Made by a program: the position numbers and the translations under genes. From an uncultured Planctomycetaceae bacterium (GTDB taxonomy: Bacteria; Planctomycetota; Planctomycetia; Pirellulales; PALSA-1355), in contig CAWAUV010000007.1 of the NCBI GenBank assembly GCA_963785305.1, positions 2,112,001-2,176,000 of the forward strand: 64,000 nucleotides of DNA. Reading direction: 5' to 3'. Below are positions 44,851-55,892 of this stretch, in pieces (position 1 is the first letter of the stretch; each line of letters starts with the position of its first letter). Below the pieces are notes generated by a model that saw only the letters and a list, made by a program, of their open reading frames with translations, searched no databases and was not told where the DNA came from.

Positions 44851-45930
44851 ATGCCGAGCCGCTGGTTCAATATAACCGTCGTGCTGTTTTGGTTGTGCAG
44901 CATGAGCTGGCTCGCGCTCACCAAGGTGTTGCCGCCCTTTTATGTCGGCGAGCCGCCGAACTATCGAGCGATTCTCGCCGAACAACGCCAAATGCAGCCG
45001 GCCTGTTGGCTGGTTCGATGGCGCGAGGAGCCGCTCGGTTGGGCGATCAGCCGCGTGGTGCGGCGGCCCGACGAAATGATGGCGATCCAAGGCCAGATTT
45101 TTCTCCAGCAGTTGCCGCTCGAAGAGCTCGCGCCGGGCTGGTTGGGGTCGATGTTGCGGCCGTTTTTGCGGCGCGGCGCGCTGTCGACGTCGGCCGTGAC
45201 ATTGATGGATGTCGATTCGCTCGGACGCTTGGTGGGCTTCGAATCGCGGCTGGGCCTCAACGACTTCAACGACGCGCTGCGAATCGTCGGCCGCGTCGAT
45301 GGCAATCATGTGCAGCTTGCCATCAGCCAGGCCGGCGAGTCGATCTATAAAGACGATCGGCATTTGCCGTCGAGCGCGCTGCTCGGCGATCAGCTTTCGC
45401 CGCAGTCGGTATTGCCGGGACTGAAGGTCGGCCAAAGCTGGACGATGCCGGCCTTCAATCTCTTTCGCCCGCCCAAGAATTCGATCGAAATCCTGCAGGT
45501 CGAAGTCGAGCGGCGCGAAAAGATCCTGTGGAACGGCGTGCCGACGATGACCTACTTGGTGGTGTGCCGCTGCGATTCGGGCGCCAGTCTCGCTTCACAC
45601 GAAGAACCGCGCAGTCGGCTTTGGGTGCGCGAAGATGGGCTCGTCGTCAAGCAAGAGATTATCTTCTTCAATTCGCCGCTGTGGTTCATTCGCATGCCGG
45701 AGGAAAAGGGCCGGTTCGCCTCGACCTGGGTCGGCAATTGGGCGGAGGCGCCTTCGCCCGAGCGCACGACCGAGCTGTTGAAGGAATTGAGCCGCCCCGA
45801 AGGAGAGCCCAACACGGATCTCGATCAGAACCCCGAGCGCGAGCCAAACAATGCGCTCGAGTCCAACCCCCGGCGCGAGCAAAACCCCGAGCGCAAACGG
45901 CGGCGCCCGAGGCGCGACGCCACTCGCTGA
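44851..45930 (+). CDS. Hypothetical N-terminally anchored protein
   Basis: Open frame with N-terminal TM helix (VVLFWLCSMSWL); coding-like composition. Confidence 0.7.
   Translation: MPSRWFNITVVLFWLCSMSWLALTKVLPPFYVGEPPNYRAILAEQRQMQPACWLVRWREEPLGWAISRVVRRPDEMMAIQGQIFLQQLPLEELAPGWLGSMLRPFLRRGALSTSAVTLMDVDSLGRLVGFESRLGLNDFNDALRIVGRVDGNHVQLAISQAGESIYKDDRHLPSSALLGDQLSPQSVLPGLKVGQSWTMPAFNLFRPPKNSIEILQVEVERREKILWNGVPTMTYLVVCRCDSGASLASHEEPRSRLWVREDGLVVKQEIIFFNSPLWFIRMPEEKGRFASTWVGNWAEAPSPERTTELLKELSRPEGEPNTDLDQNPEREPNNALESNPRREQNPERKRRRPRRDATR
45805..45894 (+). repeat. Imperfect 36-bp in-frame tandem repeat (about 2.5 units)
   Basis: EPNTDLDQNPER / EPNNALESNPRR / EQNPER. Confidence 0.65.
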
Positions 45931-45968
45931 AAACTCACGAGAGCACGAATCCGAGGAGAGACGGTTTC

Positions 45969-46322
45969 ATGTCGGACACGACCACGAGTATCGAGGCTCT
46001 CAAGCAGCAGGTCTCCCGGTTTGTCGACGCGCGCAAGTGGCGCCCGTTTCACACTCCGAAAAACCTGTCGATGAGCTTGGCGATCGAAGCGGCCGAATTG
46101 ATGGAGCATTTCCAATGGCTGACGCCCGAGGAAGCTTCGGCCGCGGTGTGGGACCCGGCGAAGCGCGTGGCGATCGGCGAGGAGTTGGCCGATGTGCTGT
46201 GCTACGCGCTGGCGCTGGCGGCGCGCATGGAACTGGACATCGCGACCACGGTGGCCGATAAGCTCGAGAAAAACGCCTTAAAATATCCCGTGCCCGGCGG
46301 CGTTCCGCCCCTCGCCGACTGA
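45969..46322 (+). CDS. MazG-like nucleotide pyrophosphohydrolase (dCTP pyrophosphatase type)
   Basis: RKWRPFHTPKNLSMSLAIEAAELMEHFQW...EELADVLCY...KNALKYP; GAGGAG SD. Confidence 0.9.
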   Translation: MSDTTTSIEALKQQVSRFVDARKWRPFHTPKNLSMSLAIEAAELMEHFQWLTPEEASAAVWDPAKRVAIGEELADVLCYALALAARMELDIATTVADKLEKNALKYPVPGGVPPLAD

Positions 46323-47183
46323 ATCGTCTTTGCGCTGAATCAGTGAGCGTTGGCCGCCCAGGAATCGCTGCTCATGCCCGGCTTCGGCGCCGAGCGTCCT
46401 AAGATCGTCGCCTTCGATGCCCGGCCGCTGTGGCGGCGTTTCTTTCGAGAAAGTGGTCGCCGGCGCCGGTTTTTGCCAGTCGCGGGCCTTGCGCAACGCC
46501 GCTAGCAATGTGGCAATCTCTTCATGAATCGAGCGCGTTTGCGAGATCACGAGCACGCCCGGACGAAGATATTGAGCCATCGATCCAGGGCCGCCGACTT
46601 CGTCCCAGCTCGTGGGCGAGACCACGGAGGTAATCATGTCGATCAGCGAGGAATAATCGGCCGAACCGCGACCATCGTCGACCAAGTCTTTCACCGGGTA
46701 AACGCGAATTTGCAAACAGTTGTCCACATTCTCCTTCGTCGTGATGACCAACGCCTCTCGCCAAATGATCCAACCGAGTTCCAAGTCCTTAAACACGAGA
46801 TCGAAGTAGTCTCGGGCCCGAAACTCATCGCAGACGACGGGCGGCGCCGGCTGATCGGGATCGACGCCCGCTTCTTCCAATGATTTCCGATCGATCACGA
46901 TCAGCGCGTCGATCCGGCGGGCCACTTCGGCGATCATTCCCTCGATTGTCACCCCGGTAGGATCGATCGCGATTCTCTTTTCGAGCGATCTGAGAATCTC
47001 ATTCTCCGCGCGAGTGTCCTCGGGAATAGCCACGGGAATCGAGGAATCGTCACTGCCCGGTACGATCGGTTCCTCGAAGCCACTCGAGCGTTGCGGCGGT
47101 TGCCCTAACGCGCATTGCGCCAGGAACAATGTCGCGCCGATGCCCGCGGCAAAAGCGAGCGTAAAAACCTGATTGCGCATCAT
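46278..47183 (-). CDS. Secreted protein with STN / secretin-N-like domains (3' end uncertain)
   Basis: Signal peptide; IVIDRKSLEEAGV, RVYPVKDLV, LIDMITSVVSPTSWDEVGGPGS, LVISQT..IHEEI..LL..LR. Confidence 0.65.
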   Translation of the reverse strand: MMRNQVFTLAFAAGIGATLFLAQCALGQPPQRSSGFEEPIVPGSDDSSIPVAIPEDTRAENEILRSLEKRIAIDPTGVTIEGMIAEVARRIDALIVIDRKSLEEAGVDPDQPAPPVVCDEFRARDYFDLVFKDLELGWIIWREALVITTKENVDNCLQIRVYPVKDLVDDGRGSADYSSLIDMITSVVSPTSWDEVGGPGSMAQYLRPGVLVISQTRSIHEEIATLLAALRKARDWQKPAPATTFSKETPPQRPGIEGDDLRTLGAEAGHEQRFLGGQRSLIQRKDDSVGEGRNAAGHGIF

Positions 47184-47240
47184 AAACAGCCTCCCAAAAT
47201 GAGCGACGTGCCAAGGCATTGAAATAGGGAATCACGCTCG

Positions 47241-49449
47241 TCAGTCGATATTCAAGTCGATGATAAACCGATTCAGTTCCGTTTCGATCTTTTCCTTCTC
47301 GGCCGCGATCTTCTTCAGCTCGGGCTGAAGTTGCTCCAATTCGCTTTCCTGGGCATTGAGCTTGGTGACATACCGCTTGTAAAGATCGGAGTTGCGTTCG
47401 AGTTCGTTCATATTTTGACGAATGCGCGATTGCTGAGACTCGATGCCGCTGATCTCGTGCTGGACGACTTGCAGTTTTTCGACCAACCGCATGACCTCCG
47501 CTTGCTTGGTCAAATACTGCCCGATCGCGGCCTTCACCGCCGGACTGATCTCCTTCGCCGATAGGTAAATACTCGCAACTCCGGCGTCGATCATCGCCGC
47601 GATGCCGACACTCTCCGAAACAATCGTCTCCTCGACCACTTGCAAATGGACCGGCTTGCCCGGCGGGGCGTCGACGGCAAATCGATAGATACCGCCGGTT
47701 TTTTCCGTGGCCTCGGGCGATTTCAATAGCCAAGTGGTTTCGATCGGATGTTCGATGAGCACTTTCTTGACATGGTCCGAGGAGTTCTTCACGGTGTAAT
47801 CGTGTTCGCGCGCCTCGCGGCGTCGCACTTCGAGCACTCCGCGTGTAAAGCGCCCATCGACCAATGTTCGCGGGCGCGTGTCGATGCTCGCCGACACCTC
47901 GACATCGAGATCGAGCGCGTAGCTCACCAGCCGCCGCGAGCCCGGCGCGAGGTCTTCGATTCGCGCGTCGCCGGCGTATTCGCCGCCATCGAACACGGTG
48001 AGCGGTCCTTGCATCAAATGCAGCTTGGTGGCGTTCACGAGTTGCACCGCGTTGAGCGGATGGCGAGCTTGCACATTGCGGTTGTAGAGCGATACTTTTT
48101 CGCAGTGGATCGAATCGTTCACGATCGGCAGCATCGCCGAACCCTGCCGCGAAATGGACACCGGCTCCTCGATTTGATAGCGAAACAATTCGCCGAGCGC
48201 GACGCCCTGGGCGACGGGCTGAATTCCCGCCCCGGGATCGAGGGGCTTGGCGGCCGAGGCAACATTGGGTTTCTCCCCAGCGCCCGCATTGGCCGGGCCA
48301 GCCATGTTGCCGCCCATGCCGCCAGCCATTCCACCGCGCATGCCACCGCCCATGCCACCCATGCCACCGAAAGCGCCTTGGCGTGGCGCGTTCGCCGCAC
48401 GGCGAAATTGTTCTTCCATTGCCGCCAGGTCTTGTGCATGGAGTTGCGGTCGCAACCCGGGAAAAAGCTCCGGCCGCACGGTTGGCCGCTCGACATACAG
48501 CGGCCGATAAAGGTCCATCTTAAACGAGATCGGGCGGCCGTTGACCAGGGTCAGCCGCACATCGCTCCAATCGTGTTCGGTCGTGTTCTCGACGATCGCC
48601 CAACCTTGCAAGAGCGCTTCATCCTTGGGCCGCAGCACGAGACGATAGCTCGTTTTCCAGACCGGCGATTCCTGGATATAACCGACGCGAACCGGCCGCC
48701 GCCCCGCGCCGGAGAAGTTGAGAGTCACGGTTTTCTTGTCGCGATTGTGCCGCTCGGCCAAGAGCGCTACGCGCCTCTTGCAGTTCGCCGTTGAGCTTCT
48801 CGCTCGAAAGCTGGAGCTCGCTCACGCTCTCCAAGAGCACGCTGCGCATGCCGGTGGCGGTGGCCAGATTCAAATAGTCGACGACAATGGGCTCTTTGCC
48901 CACGCTCGCTTGGGCCCGTCGCTCGACGCCAAGGATTTTTCCCGTCACCGGGCCCGATGGTAGTTCAACCCGCACCGATTCGCCGCGGACCTGATGCAGC
49001 AGGTCGCCCAGCGTGGGGTTGGTCGTGAGGTCGATCGAGAGCGATCGCAAGCTCTTGGCGATCGGGTCGCGCGAGCTGAAATCGATGGTCGAGATGTGGC
49101 CGCCGCCGGTGTCTTCGAGCACCAAACTCTTGAGCAGATCGTTGATGTCGTCGGCATGGAATCGCAATTCGAGCTGTGCGTCGCCTTCGACATGGCCCGA
49201 GCGCTCGTAGTACCCGACGCCCGAAGTGAAGAGCACGACACGCTGGAGCGCGAGATCGGCGGACTTCTTGTTTTTGTCCCGCGGGACCGCGGCGACGGGC
49301 GCCTTGGCGGGGGCCTGTGCGTCGGACGCCGCGGCGAGCGCAGCCCCGGGAACGGGATCCGCGGCGATGGCCGACCGAGCGACGCCAAGCGTCAGCCCCA
49401 GACCAACGATAAGACCCACGAGCGCGCGGCGATATAGACACGCAACCAT
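47241..49449 (-). CDS. DUF4139-domain secreted protein (frameshift near 48770)
   Basis: RVVLFTSGVGYYER, INDLLKSL, PVWKTSYRL, LQGWAIVENTT..DW, GELFRY, SAMLPIV, C-terminal coiled coil. Confidence 0.82.
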
Positions 49450-49663
49450 GGCAATGCCTCCACGAGAATGGGGAAGAAGACGGGGAGCCTCTGTTCCGAG
49501 GAGAGGCGAATCGACGAGACAGGGTCGATTCTAGCACTTCGCCGGAACGAATGGCGCCAAGGGCCGTCAAATAAATCGCAAAACGCGGGACGGCGCCGAA
49601 CCGGAGATTTTTGCCCGACCGCGAAGATCGCGCCGGCAAATCGGCCTTGGCACGCTCGCGAGA

Positions 49664-52600
49664 CTAAACCGCCGCTTTTCGCCGAACGCGCCGGAGTTGC
49701 CGCACAGCGAGGGCGCCAACAGCCAAGGCCACCAGGGCCAGGGTGCTCGGCTCCGGCACGGAGCTGATCGTCACCACCACATCGGCGCCCGAGCCGGTGG
49801 CGCCTTGGCCATAGGAGAGCGTGGCGAGCATTCCATTAGGCACGCCGGTGATCGTGGGGTTAAACGTGCCGTTGGTCGTCGTGGGGTCGATCAGCAAGAA
49901 GCTCAAGGCGCCATTGGAAAGATTAAGCCCCGCGAGGCCGCTGAGGGCCAGAGTGGCGCCGGCGCCGTTTCCGCCCACGCCGTCGAGATTCACCGTGGCG
50001 GTGGTGGCGGCCAAGTAGTCGCCCTTGAGCCCGCTATCGGACATGCCCGGCGCCCAGCCGGTGACGCCGGTGACGTTGGCCAACGTGGCTTCGAAGGTCG
50101 AGGTCGGGGCCAGGGTCACGCTGCCGGTGGTCGAGAGCGCCAGCGGCGAGGCGGTCGCGCCGTTGCTGCCGTAGCCGGGCATCAAAGCGCCGCCGGCGCC
50201 AATGGTCACGGAGCTGGCGCCCAGATAGATCGAGCCGGTTCCGCCCAGCGTGCCCGTTCCGCTCGTGGCGGCCACGGTATAGGCGCCGACGGTCGATGAG
50301 GTCGAGCCTTGAGTTCCGTCGACGAACAATGTGCCGGCCGTGACACTCGTGGCGCCGGTGTAGGTGTTGGCGCCCGAGAGGATCGTGGCGCCCGCGCCCG
50401 ATTGGACAAAGGCGCCGGCGCCGCTGATTACGCCGCCGAGCGTGTTCGTGAGGCCCGCGCCCTCGGCGCCGGCCACCGTGCCGCTTGATACCGTGATCGC
50501 GCTGGCGAAGGTCGAGCCGTTGGCTTGGTCAAAAGCGAGCGTGCCGCCGGAGACGCTCACGCCGATCGAATTGTTGATCGACCCACTCACGCCGTTGCCG
50601 ACGATCAATGTGCCGCCTTGCACACTCGTGGGTCCGTGATACGTATTGGCGCCGGTAAGGGTCCAGGTGGCGGCGCCGCCGACCGTGACGCGGGTATCGC
50701 CGTTGCCGACTCCCGTGTACCCCGAGCTATCGGAGATCACGCCATTGATCGCATTGCCGGTGCTGGTGTTTGCTCCGCTCAGGGTGAGCGTGTCATAGTG
50801 TCCGGTGAAAGAGGTTTCCTGATTCGTGACGGGCCCGTTGATGATGACCGAAGTAGCCGAAGGATAGACGCGGTTCCCTGGCCGGTATTGCCGCTCAAAT
50901 TCAGGCCGGTGAAGCTGATCGAGTAGCCGTTGGCCCCATTGAAATTGAAAGTGCTGACGTATGCGTTGGCGGGCGTGCCATTGCCGAGCACGCCAAGGGC
51001 CAGGGTGTTGCCGGTATTGGCCCCGTTGTTGGCGACATTAATCGTCGCCGTGGCCGACGAGGCGAGCGTGATATTATTGCCCAGGGCAATCGTTCCGTTG
51101 CTGCCAGCGCCGCTGTCGTGGATCGTGAGCGAGTCGGAATTCATCGTGATGGCCGTGCCGCTGGGTAGAGCGCTGTTGCCATAGAAGGCAAGTGCGCCGG
51201 CGGCGATCGTCGTGGGCCCGGAATAGGTATTCGAGCCGGAAAGAATCGTCGTGCCGGCGCCCGATTGAGTGAAACCGCCGGAGCCGGAGATCGGGCCACC
51301 GAGCGTGACCGTTGTTCCCGAGCCGGCGATGGCGCTGATCGCGCCGGAGTTTGCAATCGAACTTCCCAGGGTGGCGCCCGTGGCGAGGTCCAACGTCAGG
51401 TTGGCGCCCAAGGCGATGGCGATTGGACTGCTGGCGTTGATCGAGCCGGTGGTCCCGTTGCCGATTTGCAATGTGCCGCCGGTGACGTTCGTGGCGCCCG
51501 TGTAGGTGTTCGCGGCGGTGAGAATCGTGGTTCCGGCGCCGGCGAAAAGCAAGTTCACGGAACCGCTCATGTTGTCGACGATCGGCGTGGCGATGGTGAG
51601 CGAACCGCCGGTGGTGGAGTTGAGCTGGTTGATGGTCAACTGACCGACGCCGCTGGTGAGGCTGGTTCCGCCGGTGATCGTCGAGGCGTTGGCGCCCACG
51701 GCGCTGGTCACCAGAATGCCGCCGCCGGCGATGCTGTATGCGCCGTTGAGCGTCGTGGTGACAGCGGCCGCGTTGTTGAACCGGAGCGAGTCGATCGCGG
51801 TGTTCGAGAAGGTTCCGGAAATGCCCGCGGGATCGAAGTCCGTGGCGCTGGCGGCGGTCGTGTAGTTCGAACCGAAAGTCGAGATGGCGGTAATGGCGCC
51901 AGCCACGCTTCCGGTTCCGGCCGAGGTGGCGAAGCTGGTTCCATTCACCGTGGCCCAGCCGCCCAGGATATTGCTACCCGGCGCGTTGGCGGTGGTGGTG
52001 GTGATTGTGCCGGTCGAGGAGAAGTTCGCGGCTAGCCCCGATGTTCCGCGTGATCGCGCCCAGGTTGAGCGTGTCGCCGGCGGCGGCTGAAATCGAACTC
52101 GCGCCGAGGCCGAGCGTGGCCCCACCGAGGTTGAGCGCCGCGGCGACGGTGGGAGCATAGTTAAATCCGCCGCCCGCTACCGTGAGCGGGCCAGTGAAGG
52201 CGGGATCGGCGTTCGTAAGCGTGAGGGTCGAACCGCCGCTTTGAACAAGGCCGGTGACGCTCGAGCCGATGGGGCCGCTGATCGTGGTCACGCCGGCCGA
52301 GCCCGAGTTGATGATCTGGCCGATATTATTCACCCCGCCGGAGATGAGCACATTGGCCGCGGCGGCGCTGGTTTGAATCGTGAGATTGCCGGCGGAGTTG
52401 GCCACATTGCTCGACACGGTGAAGAGGGCCGAGCCGCTGTCGGCCAGGGTCGTGCCGGCGGTGTTCACGGTCAGGCCGCCACTGAGCGTGAGCGGGTTGG
52501 TGTTGCTCGCCTGGGTGATCATGGTCACGCCGGAGCCCACCGGGCCGGTGATTTGATTGGTTCCGGTATTAGCCGAGCCGCCCGCGCCGCCGCCGCCGGC

Positions 52601-55600
52601 GTAAGCGGCGTTGTTGAATGTGATTGTGCCGCTTGTCGTCAGGCCGGTTCCGCCGATCACGACATAGTTATTCACGTTGCCGGCGCCCGTGCTCTGATTG
52701 CCGATCGAGACCGTGATATTGCCGGAGCCGGTGATGCCGCCGTTGAATGTGAAAAAACTACCGGCATTGTTGTTCGAGCCGATGATCAGGTTCGAACTGT
52801 TCAAGGTCAGTGGCGCCGAGAACACGGGATTCCAGCTTGTCGCGCTCAGAATATTCGTGCCGGCGCCGCTCACGGAGATCGCATTCGTGAAGGTGGGGAA
52901 GCTGGCCGCGCCATTGAAGTTGAGAATTGCGGTGGCGCCGCTGCCGGCTTCAATTTGAACGGGCCCAGTTCCCAGGCCGCTGACAGAGGCGGTCGTGGCG
53001 ATTTCGACCTCGCCCGAGAGGACATTGATGCCGCCGGTGAATGTATTGGCGGCGGTGAGAATGGTCGTGCCGCTGCCCATTTGCGTCAGGCTACCGGAGC
53101 CGCTGATGGCGCCCGCGATGGTGTTGTTGCTCGACGAATTGAAGTCGAGCACGGCGCCCGCCGCGACGGCCACGGGGCCGGTCGAGGCAATCGTTCCGGC
53201 GCCCGCGATTTCGAGCATGCCTCCACCGATGCTCGTGGCGCCGGTGTAGGTGTTGGCGGCGGTGAGAATCGTGGTTCCACTGCCGGCGGTCGCCAGACCG
53301 ATCGCGCCGGTGATCGGCGTGGCGATGGTGAGCGCGCCGCTGGGATTGAACTGGTTGATGGTGAGCTGCGCGGTTCCGGTGGTGAGGCTGGTTCCGCCGG
53401 TGATCGTCGAAGCATTGGCGCCCGCGGCGCTGGTGACCAAGATGCCGCCATTGGTGATCGAATAGGCGCCATTAAGCGTGGCGGTGACGGCGGCGGAGTT
53501 GTTGAATCGGAGCGTGTCGACCGCGCTATTGGTGAATGTTCCGCTTTGACCGTTGGCGTCGAAGTCGGTCGTGCTCGTGGCGGTGGCGTAGTTCAAACCA
53601 TAGGTCGCCAGAGCGGAGATGGCGCCAGCCGTGGTTCCATTTCCGGCCGAGGTGGCCCAATTCGTTCCGCCCACGGTGGCCCAACCGCCGAGGATGCCGC
53701 TGCCGGCGGCGTTCGCTGTGATAGTGGTGACGGTTCCCGAGCCGGTGACATTGAGCGCACCGCCGACGTTTTGCGTAATCGGGCCCAAGGCCAAGGTCGA
53801 ACCCGCAGTGACGGAGAGGGTCGCTCCCCCGGGATTCAATGTAAGGCCGCCGAGCGTTTGCGTGGAATTCGCCACGCTCGGCGCATAAGCCAAGGTGCTG
53901 GAGCCGCCCATGCTCACAAGATTGCCGCTCGCGAGCGACCCGGTGAGGTCGAGCGTGCCCTGGGCCAGGGTCGTCGCGCCGGTGTAGGCCTCGGCCACCG
54001 AGAAAACGCTCGTGCCCGCGCCCGATTGCGTGAATCCGCCCGCGCCGGAGATCACTCCGTTGAAGGTCGTGGTGGCGCCGGCGATTTCGGCGGCGATCAG
54101 CGCGCCGGCATTGGCGATCGCGCCGCCAAATGCCGAACCATTGGGCATTTCGAAAATGAGCGTGGCGCCGGAGGAGATTGAAACTCCGCTCGAACTGCCA
54201 ATGGCGCCGCTTGTTCCATTGCCGATTTGGAGCGAGCCGCTGGCGACGCTAATGGCGCCGTTGAATGTGTCGGCGCCGGTCCAGATCGACGTGCCGGAAC
54301 CCGACTGGGTGAAACTGCCCCCGCCGCTGATGACGCCGCTGAATGTGGTGGTGGCGCCGCTGACTTGGCTCGCGTTGAACACGCCGCCATCGGCGATGGT
54401 GTTGGCAAACGTGGCGGCGCCGGGCAAGTTCAAGACGACCGTTCCGGTCCCGGAGGTCGACACCGCGGAGCTTCCGCTGATCGAGCCGGTCGTGCCACTT
54501 CCGATATAAAGCGCACCGCTCGTGACGCTCGTGGCGCCGGTGTAGGTGTTGGCGCCGGTGAGCGTGAAGGTCGCGCCGCTAACGGTGAGCGAAGTGCCGC
54601 CGGCCGCGGCGCCGTCTTGGATCACGCCGGTGAAGGTCGTGCCGCCGCTCGTAAGGATAAGCACGCCAGGCGTGGTCGAACTGTTCGTCACCGTGCCGCC
54701 GCCACTGAAATTGGGCACTTGCTCGGTTTGACCATTGAGGTCCATCGTGCCGTTCATGTTGGCGACGGCGCCGCCGCCGAAAATCTGATACTGACCCGTT
54801 CCGGAGAACTGCAAGGTGGCCCCGGCGGCGACGCTCAGAATTTGATCGGCGCCATGCACGCCGCCGGTCGATGCCTTGTCGAGCACGAGCGTGCCGCCCA
54901 ACACATTCCAATTTCCGTAGCTATTGTCCGTGCTTCCAGCGGTGGCAAGCGTGCCGGCGCCGGTTTTGTTGAGCATTAAATTACTATTGGAAGTCACGCC
55001 TCCGTTGGCGCCGTTGAGCGTGAGGGTTTGCCCGGCGGTCTGCACATCGATCGCGTAGCCCGTCGTATTGCCGCCGGTGCTGCTGAAGCCGTTGGTTAGG
55101 GTGGCCGTGGAGCCGGTATAGAGCAGCGTTCCGCCGGCGAGATTGACATTTCCGGCGCCCAGGGCCGAGGCGCCGCCGAAGCTCAAGGTTCCGCCGGTGA
55201 GCGTCGTGCCGCCGGAGTAGGAGTTGGCGCCGCCGAGGGTGGCGGTTCCCGTAAAGCCGCTTCCCAACGTGAGCGAACCGGCGCCGGAGATCGCGGAGTT
55301 GAATGTCAGATTGCCCGCGCCAGCCAGGGTCAGGCCGCCGCTATTTGCGATCGCGAGGCTCGAGGCGAATGTGGTCGCGGCGTTGGTATTGTTGTCGGTG
55401 ATGGTCGACGCGGCCGAGAAGGTGAGCGTGGGGCTCGACGAGCCGGCGATCGTATAGGCCCCGGCCGTGGCGCCGGCGCCGCCATCGTAGGGCGCGTTGA
55501 AGGTGATATTGCCGGCCGAGGTCGAGCCATTGAGCGTGATCGTGCCCGCAGCGCCGATCGATGTCGCCGCGTTGTTGCCGATGATCAGATTGCTGCCCGA

Positions 55601-55821
55601 CGAATAGGCGACGTCACTGGCGCCGTTGTACCAGTTCGTCGCGCTTCCGGGCGTGATATCCCAGGTTCCGCTGCCATCGGAGCCGGCCGCGCCTTTCGTG
55701 GACGGATCCCAAGTGAGCGTTTGGCGCGGCCGAGCGCGCCGCCGAGCGCGAGCATCACGAGAAGCATGATCGCCGGCTGGCGGATCGATGTTGAAAATCG
55801 TAAACGTGAGAATCGATTCAT
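49664..55821 (-). CDS. Large (about 2050 aa) surface protein with autotransporter-associated beta-strand repeats and C-terminal PEP-CTERM (frameshifts near 55725, 52030 and 50870)
   Basis: Many GxGTxxLxxxNTYTGxTx(I/V)xxGxL repeats; signal peptide; ends VPEPSTLALVALAVGALAVRQLRRVRRKAAV. Confidence 0.88.
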
Positions 55822-55877
55822 TGGCTTTAAGATAATCAAAAGAGCCTGGGTCTTCGCGCACTCGAAATCGCGATGGA
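55350..55877. repeat. Direct repeat copy 1 (5' part and upstream region of adhesin gene 1)
   Basis: Near-identical to 59417-59927, including long exact blocks such as GATGTCGCCGCGTTGTTGCCGATGATCAGATTGCTGCCCGACGAATAGGCG. Confidence 0.9.
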
Positions 55878-55892
55878 AATGCCGACCAGCGT

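Noticed and set aside
45805..45894. 36-bp repeats as a CRISPR array
   Set aside because: Contiguous, in-frame, degenerate and without spacers
48300..48372. Gly-Met nucleotide repeat
   Set aside because: Ordinary low-complexity linker (GGMGGM) inside the DUF4139 protein
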